NCBI GenBank assembly: GCA_963817525.1
Contig: CAWFOU010000007.1
Coordinates: forward strand, 1,152,001-1,216,000
DNA: 64,000 bases
Reading direction: 5' to 3'
Source: an uncultured archaeon
GTDB taxonomy: Archaea > Thermoproteota > Nitrososphaeria > Nitrososphaerales > Gagatemarchaeaceae
Position numbers and translations under genes: made by a program. The notes below the pieces were generated by a model that was not told the DNA's origin, did not search any database, and was given only the letters and a program-made list of their open reading frames with translations. Below are positions 48,360 through 58,186 of the stretch, piece by piece. How positions within the stretch are numbered: position 1 is the stretch's first letter; each line of letters opens with the position of its first letter.

Positions 48360-49127
48360 TCAGGCCTGGACGCTGGCCTTTTGGGCCGGGACGGCCTCCG
48401 CCGGGGGCCGGAACTCCTTCAGGAGCCTCTCGCACACCGTGCAGACGGAGACCTCCCTTGGAAAGTCCTTGAACTTGATCGACCTGAGCTTCCATATCGG
48501 CCGCCGCTTGCCAGCGACCACCCTCGCCCTCTCCATGGCCTCGAGCTGGAGGTCGTAGTAGAACCCGCCCGCCTCCTTCAGATAGTCGATGCCGTCGACG
48601 AGCTTCAGGCCGCTCAGCCTCGCGATGTAGCCCAGCCTCTGGTACTCCACGTCGTGGAGGTCCTTCTCCCGCTTGAGCTTCCGGTTGGTCCGCTTCTCGA
48701 ACTCGTTGAGCTTCTCAGCGATCGAGGCCCTCTGGGCCTCGTCCACTGCGGTCCCGCTCACCCGGATGACCGCCCCTTTCCTCACCGAGTAGGAGACCTC
48801 GTCGAGCTCCCTCACGGTGTTGCGCGCCTCCTCGATGAGCGCGCCGAGGAACTGCATCGACTTGAACTGGTCGGCGTTCTGGAGCACGAACGCGAGGTCG
48901 AACTCCTTGAAGGCGTCTGGGACGCCCTCCCTCCACTTCGCCGCGTTCGACGTCAGTGCTTCCCTCGCGGCCTTCGTCGCGGCTATTTCCCTGGATATCT
49001 TCGCCTCGTCCTCGGTGTCTCCGCTGAGCGCTAGGCTGATCTCGCTCGAGGTCCTTCCGCAAAGCCAGCACGCGGTCTCTCCGGATGGGGTCTGAGCTGA
49101 GAGCTCTTCCTTCGGCAATGGAATCAC
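48360..49127 (-). CDS. Hypothetical helical protein with terminal CxxC pairs
   Basis: CWLC near the N-terminus and CTVC near the C-terminus, with coiled-coil between. Confidence 0.7.
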   Translation of the reverse strand: MIPLPKEELSAQTPSGETACWLCGRTSSEISLALSGDTEDEAKISREIAATKAAREALTSNAAKWREGVPDAFKEFDLAFVLQNADQFKSMQFLGALIEEARNTVRELDEVSYSVRKGAVIRVSGTAVDEAQRASIAEKLNEFEKRTNRKLKREKDLHDVEYQRLGYIARLSGLKLVDGIDYLKEAGGFYYDLQLEAMERARVVAGKRRPIWKLRSIKFKDFPREVSVCTVCERLLKEFRPPAEAVPAQKASVQA

Positions 49128-49239
49128 ACTGGCCGTGCCGCATGGTGAAATAAGCCTTGGGTTTCCGCCAGGCGAGCCACGGGGGGCGAGGAGAAAGCGC
49201 TACTAGTAGGCGCTACCTTGCCCAGGGCCTGCGCGCGGA

Positions 49240-49551
49240 ATGACCATCAGGATACACGTCGCTGGGCATCTGAAAGACTACACCGGCAGGTCGGTAGACC
49301 TGGAGATAGAGTCCGCGAGGGACATAATGGACGTCATCGCGCAGCTCGACTCGGAGTTCCCCGACATCAGGGACCGGATCCTGGACGAGCACGACAGGAC
49401 GAGGCCCTATGTCAACATCTTCCTCAACGAGCGCGACGTCAGGGACCTCGACGGGGGGGCCACGAAGACCAAGGATGGAGACGTTATCTACATCCTGCCC
49501 TCGGTAGCGGGAGGGAAGCAAGCGATGCCAGGCATGGGTGGCGGCAAATGA
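49240..49551 (+). CDS. MoaD/ThiS/SAMP ubiquitin-like protein
   Basis: RPYVNIFLNERD...DGDVIYILPSVAGG followed by an 11-aa extension. Confidence 0.9.
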   Translation: MTIRIHVAGHLKDYTGRSVDLEIESARDIMDVIAQLDSEFPDIRDRILDEHDRTRPYVNIFLNERDVRDLDGGATKTKDGDVIYILPSVAGGKQAMPGMGGGK

Positions 49552-50627
49552 GGTCCAAGGACCTAGTCATGGTAGGCACGAAGAAGGGCGCGTTCGTCTT
49601 CGAGTCTCGGGATGGGCGTAAGACGTGGAAGTCGTCAGGCCCGCACTTCAGGGGCACGTCGATCTACCACGTGACCTTCGACCCGAGGAACAGGACGATC
49701 CTCGCGACCGTCGACAGCTTCGTGAAGGGCCCCACCATCGCCATCAGCGAGGACATGGGGAGGACGTGGAGGGAGGGAAAGAAGCCGCCTCGGTTCCCGA
49801 AGAGCTCGGACTGGAGCGTGAAGCAGCTATGGCACATAGAGCCGGGAGTCGAAGAGGAACCAGGCGTGGTGTACTGCGGGGTCGACCCCGCTGCGCTGTT
49901 CGTGAGCCGAGACGCTGGCGAGACCTGGGCCCTGAACGAGGGCCTCTACAACCAGGAGACGAGGAAGAAGTGGAACCCGGGCGCGGGCGGGCTCTGCCTC
50001 CACTCGATACTAGTCGACCCGCGCGACCCTGACAACATCATGATAGCGATCTCCTCCGTGGGCATACTCAAGAGCGTCGACGGGGGAGAGTCCTGGTCGT
50101 TCAAGAACCAGAACCTGCGGGCGGACTTCTTCCCTGACAAATACCCCGAGTTCGGCCAGTGCCCGCACCACCTCGTCCGCCACCCCTCGCGCCCGGACGT
50201 CATCTACCAGCAGAACCACTGCGGCGAGTACAGGAGCGACGACAACGGCGAGACGTGGAAGGAGATCGTGGGGAACCTGCCCTCCCGGTTCGGCTTCCCC
50301 ATCGCCGTGGACCACAACGACCCGAAGAGGGTCTACGTCGCGCCCGAGGAGTCCGGGGATGCGCGCATCCCTCCCAACGGCCGATTCCTGGTTTGGGCCT
50401 CCGACGACGAGGGGAAGAGGTGGTCCGCCCTAGGCAATGGCCTCCCCCGGCGGTCCTTCTACAACGTGTACAGAGAGGGGATGGACACCGACGAGCAGGA
50501 CCCGTCGGGCGTCTACGTCGGGACGGGCACAGGCCAGCTCCTCTTCAGCAGGAACGGAGGAGAGAGGTGGGGCCTCATCGCCGACGGCCTCCCCCCGATC
50601 TTCTCAGTCAGCGCCGCACGCGCCTAG
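49548..50627 (+). CDS. BNR/Asp-box repeat beta-propeller (sialidase-like)
   Basis: Repeated S.D.G.TW boxes and YQQNHCG; ATGA overlap with the upstream gene. Confidence 0.9.
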   Translation: MRSKDLVMVGTKKGAFVFESRDGRKTWKSSGPHFRGTSIYHVTFDPRNRTILATVDSFVKGPTIAISEDMGRTWREGKKPPRFPKSSDWSVKQLWHIEPGVEEEPGVVYCGVDPAALFVSRDAGETWALNEGLYNQETRKKWNPGAGGLCLHSILVDPRDPDNIMIAISSVGILKSVDGGESWSFKNQNLRADFFPDKYPEFGQCPHHLVRHPSRPDVIYQQNHCGEYRSDDNGETWKEIVGNLPSRFGFPIAVDHNDPKRVYVAPEESGDARIPPNGRFLVWASDDEGKRWSALGNGLPRRSFYNVYREGMDTDEQDPSGVYVGTGTGQLLFSRNGGERWGLIADGLPPIFSVSAARA

Positions 50628-50687
50628 GCCACCACGACCGCCCGAGAGGTTTAACCCGACCCCTCGAGCAGCACACGCGGGCGGAGA

Positions 50688-50858
50688 ATGGCCAAGGTCA
50701 CAGTGAAGCACAGCCGCTTGTCTCGCGGCGCCAGCCTGGGGATGATCCTGCTGGGCATCATCACCCTGCTTTTCGTGAGCGGGTTCGTGGGGCTCATCTT
50801 CATCGTGGTGGGGGCAGCGATGTACTGGTTCTACCGCCGCCAGTCCAGGCCCGCGTAG
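50688..50858 (+). CDS. 56-aa two-TM microprotein (not in the ORF track)
   Basis: MAKVTVKHSRLSRGASLGMILLGIITLLFVSGFVGLIFIVVGAAMYWFYRRQSRPA; TTTAA box upstream. Confidence 0.65.
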   Translation: MAKVTVKHSRLSRGASLGMILLGIITLLFVSGFVGLIFIVVGAAMYWFYRRQSRPA

Positions 50859-50898
50859 CCGGAAGTGCCCTCGACGGAAGACGGCGCCCGGGCAGGTG

Positions 50899-51927
50899 TC
50901 AGAGCGGCTCCCCCGACTGCTCGTGGAGCCTCCATATCTCGTCGCTCGGAGGCCCGGCGACCTCCTCCTTCAGGCCGTTGCGGGTCAAGACCACCTTGCC
51001 CTTCATGAATCGCCCTATCGCCGTCGCCCTGGAGCCCACGGAGGCCACGGCCTCGCTGACCACCTGCTCCTCGCCCTTCTTCACCGCGATGAGCAGCGTG
51101 CCGGAGCTGATGAGCTTCAGTGGATCGACCCCGAGCGCAGAGCATATCCTCCTCGTCTCCTTGGACACGGGGATGTCCTTCTCGTCCACCTCGAGGCCCT
51201 GCCCCGACGCCGTCGCCATCTCGTAGAGAGCGCCGAGCACCCCTCCCTCGGTGCAGTCGTGCATCGCGTGGACGACGCCCGTGTCGTAGGCCGCTACGGC
51301 CTCGTCCACCACGCTGAGCCTCTCAAAGTGCCCCGAGGCCCCGGAGACCGTCTCCTTGTCCAGCCCCTTGTTGAAACTGGGGTCGGTCCCCAGGATCGCC
51401 GTCCCCTCGACCGCCGCGGTCTTGGTCATCATTAGGGTGTCTCCCGAGCGCGCGCCCGCAGCGGTCACGTACGAGTCGGCGACCGCAAAAGCCGTGGTGA
51501 CCACAATGGGCCTGTGCAGCCCCGGGCTCAGCTCGGTGTGCCCTCCCAGGATCGCGATGCCCAGGCGCTCTGCCGTCCTGTGCATCTCGGAGGAGAGCCG
51601 CCCAACGTCCCTCTCAGTCGCCTCCTCGGGCAGGAGTATCACAGACTGCATGAACTCGGGCCGGCGGCCGCTCGTCGCCACGTCGTTGGCGCTGACGTTG
51701 ACCGCGTACCACCCCGCCCTTTCCCGCACCCCGGTGATCGGGTCGGACGAGACGATCAGGTATCTTCCCTTGCCCCCTCCCAACTTCACCACCCCAAAGT
51801 CCAACCCAAGGGAGGGCTCGACGACGATCTTCGCCGACCTCGCCCCGGTCATCCCGAAGAGGTACTTCTCCATCACCTGCGGAGGGAGCTTCCCCAGGGA
51901 AAGCCGCGAAACTTTGTCCTTGCTCAC
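50899..51927 (-). CDS. AIR synthase-related (HypE/PurM-like) protein
   Basis: GKLPP, SSDPITG, ANDVATSG, GGHTE, MHDCTEGG and ISSGTLL. Confidence 0.9.
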   Translation of the reverse strand: MSKDKVSRLSLGKLPPQVMEKYLFGMTGARSAKIVVEPSLGLDFGVVKLGGGKGRYLIVSSDPITGVRERAGWYAVNVSANDVATSGRRPEFMQSVILLPEEATERDVGRLSSEMHRTAERLGIAILGGHTELSPGLHRPIVVTTAFAVADSYVTAAGARSGDTLMMTKTAAVEGTAILGTDPSFNKGLDKETVSGASGHFERLSVVDEAVAAYDTGVVHAMHDCTEGGVLGALYEMATASGQGLEVDEKDIPVSKETRRICSALGVDPLKLISSGTLLIAVKKGEEQVVSEAVASVGSRATAIGRFMKGKVVLTRNGLKEEVAGPPSDEIWRLHEQSGEPL

Positions 51928-51947
51928 GTCAGACGACAAGCGGGCCG

Positions 51948-52310
51948 CTACTGCCCCTTCTGCTCGTTCAGCCACCTTGCCGCGGCGAGGTACACCGGGT
52001 TGTCGCTCAGGTCTATCACGGGGATGATCACGCTCGTCTCCTTGTACACGAGGCTGGGCTTGTACTCGTCCATCTGGGAGTATCCGACCCACAGCCAGTG
52101 GCCGCGCCCCTCGAGGTTCTCCTTCGTTATCGTCTCGTTCTGGGGGAAGGTCTCTCTCCACATCACCACGCCTTTCGCCCACTGGAAGCTCGGGGCGATG
52201 CTTCCCACCTGCATCCCCGTGCACCTGAGCCTGATCAAGTCGTCGAGCGCGAAGCGCTGGTGCTCGTGGATGACTAGCTCCTCGTAGGGCTTGGACGAGA
52301 CCTTGACCAA
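51948..52310 (-). CDS. Hypothetical protein
   Basis: 120-aa ORF in operon-like position; motifs WAKGVV and IPVID. Confidence 0.7.
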   Translation of the reverse strand: MVKVSSKPYEELVIHEHQRFALDDLIRLRCTGMQVGSIAPSFQWAKGVVMWRETFPQNETITKENLEGRGHWLWVGYSQMDEYKPSLVYKETSVIIPVIDLSDNPVYLAAARWLNEQKGQ

Positions 52311-52350
52311 TGCTACCGGGCCGCTCTGCCCGCTCGCGCTTTTAACCTAT

Positions 52351-52761
52351 TCAATGCTCTAGAAGGGAACGGTGGAGGAGTATCGGCGCGTCGTAGAAGA
52401 GGGCGATGGCTATGGCATCCGACGCCCTGTACCCGCGAAGGAGCATCTCCTTCCCCCTCCCGACGAACTGGAGGTCTGACCTAAGCACGCTCCCCGAAGG
52501 GTAAACTTCGATGCCCGCGAGGTGGAGGCCCGCCTTCTCCGCGAACTCCTCTATCATGTTGTAGACCGAGGGGATGGACGAGCGGTCTCCCTTGTCGAAC
52601 CTGGACATGTGCATTGCCGTCTCTCCCGAGAATGCCCGCATCGTGAAGCTCCCGTCTGGCTGCGCCTTTAGCAGGACTAGCCCCTCGAGTCCGTCCTCGT
52701 CCGCGAACCCGACCTCGGCGACCTTGACGGGGACGAAATCCGTGACCTTCGTCTCAGCCAT
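52351..52761 (-). CDS. Bifunctional nuclease (DUF151) family protein
   Basis: RASDAIAIAL..APIL. Confidence 0.8.
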   Translation of the reverse strand: MAETKVTDFVPVKVAEVGFADEDGLEGLVLLKAQPDGSFTMRAFSGETAMHMSRFDKGDRSSIPSVYNMIEEFAEKAGLHLAGIEVYPSGSVLRSDLQFVGRGKEMLLRGYRASDAIAIALFYDAPILLHRSLLEH

Positions 52762-52795
52762 GCGGCAAAATCGGGTTCGTCCGTCTAATAAATCC

Positions 52796-53104
52796 TTACG
52801 GGGATGACGAGAGCTCCTTCTTCATAGCGACGATCGACTTTTCCGTGACGGCTAGCCCCTCTCGGAGGGCCGGCTCCCTCCCGTACTTGAGCCCGACCGT
52901 TATCATGTTCACGTAGGCCTGAAGCTCTTTCATCTTAGGCATCGTGTCGGGTCTCTCCCGGGCCAGCCTCCCGATCTCGTTGTTGAGCGCAAAGATGTCC
53001 TGGAACGACTTGTTCCTCGAGTCCGGGTCGCCCCCTATCGCCCTCTCCGCGGAGGACTTTACCCTGAGGAAGGCGGCCTCAATCTCGTCCACGCCTCGCG
53101 CCAT
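52796..53104 (-). CDS. Small helical hypothetical protein
   Basis: 102-aa ORF in a run of minus-strand genes. Confidence 0.6.
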   Translation of the reverse strand: MARGVDEIEAAFLRVKSSAERAIGGDPDSRNKSFQDIFALNNEIGRLARERPDTMPKMKELQAYVNMITVGLKYGREPALREGLAVTEKSIVAMKKELSSSP

Positions 53105-53133
53105 CTAGAACGACCGACGCGGGGCCTTGCGCG

Positions 53134-53475
53134 TCACTTGGGCGCGGCTTGGGCCTGCTGCGCCTGCTGCGGCTGGGGCTTGTTGACCTGCTTGTTGACG
53201 GCGTCGGCGAGGTAGTGCCCCTTGACCGTGACCTTGACGTCCTTTACGCCCTTCACCTGTTGGGCGTAGTTCTTCATGTCCTGAGAGATCTTCAACGCGA
53301 AGATGGGCGGGCAGTAGGGCGTCGTGGCGTGGTACTCGATGACAACGTTCCCGTCCTGGATCTCGAGCTTGTCGATGAGGTTCATCTCGACGATGGGCAT
53401 CCCTATCTCCGGGTCCACCACCTTCGCGAGCTGCTTCTGGACCTCCTTCAGGTCTACCTCCTCGACTGCTGACAT
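53134..53475 (-). CDS. DUF59/SufT-like Fe-S assembly protein
   Basis: VVDPEIGMPIVEMNLI and TTPYCP. Confidence 0.9.
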   Translation of the reverse strand: MSAVEEVDLKEVQKQLAKVVDPEIGMPIVEMNLIDKLEIQDGNVVIEYHATTPYCPPIFALKISQDMKNYAQQVKGVKDVKVTVKGHYLADAVNKQVNKPQPQQAQQAQAAPK

Positions 53476-53526
53476 TGCAGAGGTCCAAGGGTTTTCGGAG
53501 TTATTTAGAGGTTTGCGAGGTACGGC

Positions 53527-54276
53527 CTACCCATAAATGCCGCCGCGCTCGCGGCGGACATCTGGGAGTGCTGCCTCCGCGCCCTCTTTCTCCAGCTCCT
53601 TGGCGCGCGCCAGCAGCTCCTTGGTGTCGACTGATAAGTCCAGCATCTTTGAGAGGACGCCGAGTATCTGCAGCAGCGACCGAGGGTGCGGGAGGGGCTC
53701 GCCGTGGTCGACCCCCACCTTGAACCCCCTCATCCCGTAGTCTCCGGCCATCCCCACGACGAGGTTGGGGAAGAACGGCCCCGGCTCGCCCTTGGTTATG
53801 GTCACTCCCAGCCCCTCGAGCTCCTTCACGCCAGCCGCGTCCGATGCGAACCCGACGGGCTTCAGGGGGACCCCTGCGGGGACGGGGGACTCGGACCACC
53901 TCGCGCCGACGGACACCACCTCCTCCACCCCGAGCCGTCGAGCGTACGTTAGCACGCTGTGGGCGTACTCCTGCTGGTCGTCGAAGGGGGAGCCGTCCCC
54001 GGCCAGGATGATCAGACGCCTCTTAGCTGAGAAGGAATAGAAGCTGTTGGAGCGCAGGCGGACCACGCCGTCATCCCCAATGGCGACGTCGGCGGGGAGC
54101 GAGGAGGAGTATAGCGTGGCGAACTTCCTGAACTCCAACTTCCGGAGGAGGAACCTGGAGAGCTCCCTCGCGTGCGAGTACAGGGGCTCGTACTGGGGCG
54201 TCATGGTGGAGAGCGCCACCACGAGGGTAGAGTCCTCCACGCCGGGCTCTTCTTCGACGACGAGCTTCTCCCACAT
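53527..54276 (-). CDS. PAC2 family proteasome assembly chaperone
   Basis: LIILAGD, GVEEVVSVG, PHPRS, VDTKELLARAKELE and C-terminal IYG. Confidence 0.82.
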   Translation of the reverse strand: MWEKLVVEEEPGVEDSTLVVALSTMTPQYEPLYSHARELSRFLLRKLEFRKFATLYSSSLPADVAIGDDGVVRLRSNSFYSFSAKRRLIILAGDGSPFDDQQEYAHSVLTYARRLGVEEVVSVGARWSESPVPAGVPLKPVGFASDAAGVKELEGLGVTITKGEPGPFFPNLVVGMAGDYGMRGFKVGVDHGEPLPHPRSLLQILGVLSKMLDLSVDTKELLARAKELEKEGAEAALPDVRRERGGIYG

Positions 54277-54328
54277 AGAGGTGTTTTGGGCGCGTGCATC
54301 ATAAAAGAGCATCGTTTCGGCCAGGCGG

Positions 54329-55183
54329 TCAGCGCTTCGCGGGGATCATGTAGTACCTGCCGCCCCACAGCTTCAGCTCGACCCCCGTCCCGAGGCAGCT
54401 GCTCAGCTTCTCGCTTGTGAGGGTGGCCCCGATCCTCCCGGAGGAGACCACCCTGCCTTCCCTGAGGAGGAGGGCATGGGTGAACCCCGGCGGGACGTCC
54501 TCCGTCCTGTGGGTCACCTCCACGAACGACGGGCCTCCCCTCCTGGAGAGGAGCGGCGCCAGCCCGTCGAGGAAGCTCTCCCTCGAGGCGATGTCCAGCC
54601 CCTCGCAGGGCTCGTCGAGGATCAGGAGCCTCGGCCTCGCCATCATAGCCCGCGCGATGGCGACCTTCTGCCTCTCGCCCTGCGAGAGCTCAGAGAACGC
54701 CTTCCCGGCCTGCTCGGCGCACCCCATGGCCCTCAGGAGGGACTTCGCCCTCGCCAGGTCACCCGCGCCAACCTTCGTCCAAACCCTGATCGACCCGAAC
54801 TTCCCGCTGACGACGAAGTCCACCACCTTCTCGTCGCCGCCTATCATCCAGTCGAGGTAAGAGCTCACCAGACCTGTCTCCGTCCTCAGCTCGCGGAGGT
54901 CCGCGTCCCCGAATCTCCTCCCGAGGACCGAGACCTCGCCGCTCGACGGCCACCTGTAGCCGTTGATGATGCTGAGGAGGCTCGTCTTGCCCGCACCGTT
55001 GGGGCCTATCACGACCCAGTTCTCGCCCGGCATCACCTCCCAGTCGACGCGGTGCAGCACCCGCCTCCCGTCGAGCACGAGGCTGACGTCCTTGAGCGAG
55101 ACGACCGGGCCGGGTGTGGCTGCGCTTCCAGGGTGTCGACCAGCCTCCGGAAGGCGTCGGTCGTGGGATCTGACCCCTGTCAA
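54329..55183 (-). CDS. ABC ATPase (ModF/YlmA-like)
   Basis: GPNGAGKT, LSQGE, ILDEPCEGLD and VTH; start inferred. Confidence 0.9.
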   Translation of the reverse strand: MTGVRSHDRRLPEAGRHPGSAATPGPVVSLKDVSLVLDGRRVLHRVDWEVMPGENWVVIGPNGAGKTSLLSIINGYRWPSSGEVSVLGRRFGDADLRELRTETGLVSSYLDWMIGGDEKVVDFVVSGKFGSIRVWTKVGAGDLARAKSLLRAMGCAEQAGKAFSELSQGERQKVAIARAMMARPRLLILDEPCEGLDIASRESFLDGLAPLLSRRGGPSFVEVTHRTEDVPPGFTHALLLREGRVVSSGRIGATLTSEKLSSCLGTGVELKLWGGRYYMIPAKR

Positions 55184-55338
55184 ACGGGTTCCTAGACGCC
55201 CCCGGAGGCCGTTTAAGCTTCCCGCAGACATGGCCTGCCCATCAGCTCCAGTCCTCTCGTGCGATGGAGGCTGCATACATAGCGTAATGAGTTCGAATCC
55301 ACCTCTAGTGACGTAAGCGGGCGCGCCATCAATAGAAC

Positions 55339-55440
55339 ATGACATTCAGCTTAAGGAAGAAAAGGGCCGGACTGGGAGTGTTGGGCACCGTCGTCGTCAT
55401 CCTAGTCGTACTCTTCTTCCTCGGCTTTCTCTTTAGGTAG
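55339..55440 (+). CDS. 33-aa single-TM micropeptide
   Basis: MTFSLRKKRAGLGVLGTVVVILVVLFFLGFLFR. Confidence 0.45.
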   Translation: MTFSLRKKRAGLGVLGTVVVILVVLFFLGFLFR

Positions 55441-55625
55441 TCGCGTCCGGGTCAGGGGCAGCGCCCCGGGAACGACAAGGGGAGCCCTGGGGTCGAGCTC
55501 AGGACGCTGAGCCACATATGACGCACCAGCACCCTGAGGTCTGCCCGCGGAACGAGTCGGCCAGCCGTCTGACGCGTCACGGCTCGTCCGAGAAAGCAAT
55601 AACAACGCGGTCAGCGGAGGATGGG

Positions 55626-56762
55626 GTGGCATTGGAGCTCGTCGAGCTGGCCAGTTCTCTCATCAGTTTCAGGACCGAGATCCCACCCGGCAACGAGGAG
55701 GGGTGCGCTCGCTACATACACGACTACCTCTCGGACTTGCACATCGAGGGGGCCGAGCTCCGCCTCGACAGGTTCGAGGCCGGTCGGGCTAATCTCCTGG
55801 CTAGGTTCGGGCCCGAGGAGCCGGGCCTCCTTCTAGGAGGGCACATCGACGTGGTCCCCGCCGGAGACGAATCGGCTTGGTCGTCGCCTCCGTTCGAGGG
55901 CGTGGTGAAGGGAGGCAGGCTCTACGGCCGGGGCTCTTGCGACATGAAGACGGGCCTCGCGGCGGTCCTGAAGGCCGTCGCGGGCAGCTCGAAAGGGAGG
56001 TTGCGCAGGGGGCTGCTCGTCGTCGCCACGGCCGGGGAGGAGGTGGGGTTCGACGGGCTCAAGGCAATCTACGCGCGTGACATCATCCCCGAGGGGGCTG
56101 CGAGGCTCGGGGTCATGGCCGAGCCGACGGGCCTCAGGCCGATAAGGGCCCACAAAGGCCTCGCCGACTTTCGGATTACGGTGACGGGGAGGAGCGGCCA
56201 CGCGAGCAAGCCCGAGCTCGGGGTCAACGCGGTGGAGAAGTGCGCGGACCTGATAGACGCGATCTCATCGTGGGGACGGACCCTCCGCAAGGACGACGAC
56301 GGGGACCTCGGGAGCACCATCGCCACGCCTACGGTCATCAGGGGAGGGACCAAGAGCAACGTGATCCCCGACTCGTGCGAGCTCATCGTCGACACCCGGT
56401 GGGTCCCAAAGCACAGCACCGCCTTCGTGCAGAGGGGCCTTAACTCGGTCATAGCCTCGCTGAAGAAGAAAGACCCCGCCTTCGAAGCCCGGGTCGAGCT
56501 GATGTACGACAGCCCCGCGCTGAAGCTCCCCCGGACCCACCCCGCCGTGAAGCTCGCCGAATCGATAAGCGGGCTAAAGTCGGAGGTGGCCCCGTACGGT
56601 ACGGAGGCTGCGCTCTACGCGGAGCACGGCGTCCCCTCGCTTGTGCTGGGCCCGGGAAGCCTGAAGCAGGCCCACGTCGTCGACGAGTTCGTCGAGCTCT
56701 CGGAGGCCAGGAAGGCCCTCACGATCTACTCCAAGATGATCGAGTCAGTCTGCGCGGCGTAG
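55626..56762 (+). CDS. M20 family deacylase (ArgE/DapE-like)
   Basis: GHIDVVP, GRGSCDMK, GEE, AEPT, GHAS and AHVVDE. Confidence 0.93.
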   Translation: MALELVELASSLISFRTEIPPGNEEGCARYIHDYLSDLHIEGAELRLDRFEAGRANLLARFGPEEPGLLLGGHIDVVPAGDESAWSSPPFEGVVKGGRLYGRGSCDMKTGLAAVLKAVAGSSKGRLRRGLLVVATAGEEVGFDGLKAIYARDIIPEGAARLGVMAEPTGLRPIRAHKGLADFRITVTGRSGHASKPELGVNAVEKCADLIDAISSWGRTLRKDDDGDLGSTIATPTVIRGGTKSNVIPDSCELIVDTRWVPKHSTAFVQRGLNSVIASLKKKDPAFEARVELMYDSPALKLPRTHPAVKLAESISGLKSEVAPYGTEAALYAEHGVPSLVLGPGSLKQAHVVDEFVELSEARKALTIYSKMIESVCAA

Positions 56763-56767
56763 CCGAC

Positions 56768-57532
56768 TCAGACGAAGGTGAAGGCGCTCCCTATCACGAA
56801 AAGGATCCCCGCGGCGACCGCCCCGATGGCAAGGGTCTCGAACCCGCTCCTCAGGGGCTTCCTCTTCGCTATCCGACCCTTCCACTCGCCCGCAGCGAAG
56901 AGGAAGATTAGCGAGACGAGCACCGAGAGCTCAACGGAGACCGGCTTGCTTGAAATCAGGTACGGGACGAGGGGGACAAATGAGCCTATCAGGAAGGAGA
57001 GCCCGATGACCGCCCCCAGCTTGTAGGGGTTTTCCAGGTTGCCCCTGTGGACGTGGAGCTCATTGGTGAGCATGTCCTCGAGGAACTTCTCCTTGTTGGT
57101 GAGCAACCTGGCCACGACCATGTCCGCCTCCTGCTCGGTCAGGCCCTTGTCCAAGTAGATCGCCTTCATCTCCTGCTTCTCCTCTTCCGTCTCGACCTCT
57201 ATCTCGAGGGCCTCCCTGTCGGCGTCGGCGTTGAAGAGGTCGTGCTCCGACCGAGCGCTAAGTATCCCGCCGAAGAACATCGAGACGGTCCCCGCGAGCA
57301 TGGCAGCCAAGCCGGCGAACCGTATCAGCGAGTCGCTCTCCACCGCGCCGCTGAAACCGGTGAGGAACGAGAGGTTGGTCACCAGCCCATCGGCCAGGCC
57401 AAGGGCGGAGGCCGAAATCAGGCCTCTCCCGCGTATGTGCGGGTGCCTCTCCTCGTACGTGCCGCGTTTGAGCGAGCCGCCGCCTGCGCTGGAGGTCCCT
57501 CCTCCCGCGCCGGGGGCACGCTCGTCTTCCAT
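56768..57532 (-). CDS. VIT1/CCC1 family Fe/Mn transporter
   Basis: GLADGLVT, AGTVSM, acidic insert and GSFVPLVPY. Confidence 0.92.
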   Translation of the reverse strand: MEDERAPGAGGGTSSAGGGSLKRGTYEERHPHIRGRGLISASALGLADGLVTNLSFLTGFSGAVESDSLIRFAGLAAMLAGTVSMFFGGILSARSEHDLFNADADREALEIEVETEEEKQEMKAIYLDKGLTEQEADMVVARLLTNKEKFLEDMLTNELHVHRGNLENPYKLGAVIGLSFLIGSFVPLVPYLISSKPVSVELSVLVSLIFLFAAGEWKGRIAKRKPLRSGFETLAIGAVAAGILFVIGSAFTFV

Positions 57533-57637
57533 CGGGATAAACGTGGGCCGCGAGCCCCCGAGACCTTATAGGCGTTTGGAGATAGCGCCTGAGGCCGCTC
57601 AGCCTTATAATCCGGGCCGAGGGGGACCTCTTCGGCA

Positions 57638-58186
57638 ATGTCTCTGATGGACAGGCGCGGCGACTACAGCTGGCCCAAGACGGCCCTCGCCGACGTCAGC
57701 ATAATACTGGACAAGGGCGTCGTGTCGGTCGGGGAGGACGTCGGGCTCACCGTGGGCTTCCGCGTCGTGGGCGGCCTGAGGGAGTCCTTCGCCCCCAACG
57801 TCTGGACGATGTCCTGGGAGGACAACGACAAGCTCGTGAGGCTGATGATGACGACCTCCGTGTCGTCCGGGAAGAAGCTCGCCACCACCGGGAAGGAGGT
57901 GAGGCGGGCGAGGTTCTACTGGAGCAGGGACCCCGACCTCCCCTACAGGATCTGGGCAGCTGTGGTGCACGAGGACGGGGGCGCGCCCATCATCCCGGCG
58001 AGCGTCGAGGACGCCCGCACAAAGTTCCTCGACGTCGTGAAGCACTTCGACATCCCTGCCCGGTCGCTAGGAAGGGGGGCGCACAAGCTCGTGGCGACCG
58101 TCGACACCTCGTGGGGCCGGAGGACCTACATCGAGAAGGGCAAGGCCTCGGGCAAGTCCAGGCCCGCAGAGGTCAGGGTAGAGTGA
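57638..58186 (+). CDS. Hypothetical protein
   Basis: 182-aa ORF coupled to the OsmC gene; motif FYWSRDPDLPYRIW. Confidence 0.7.
   Translation: MSLMDRRGDYSWPKTALADVSIILDKGVVSVGEDVGLTVGFRVVGGLRESFAPNVWTMSWEDNDKLVRLMMTTSVSSGKKLATTGKEVRRARFYWSRDPDLPYRIWAAVVHEDGGAPIIPASVEDARTKFLDVVKHFDIPARSLGRGAHKLVATVDTSWGRRTYIEKGKASGKSRPAEVRVE

Noticed and set aside
55285-55310. GTTCGAATCC T-loop motif
   Set aside because: Flanks do not form a T-stem and there is no cloverleaf
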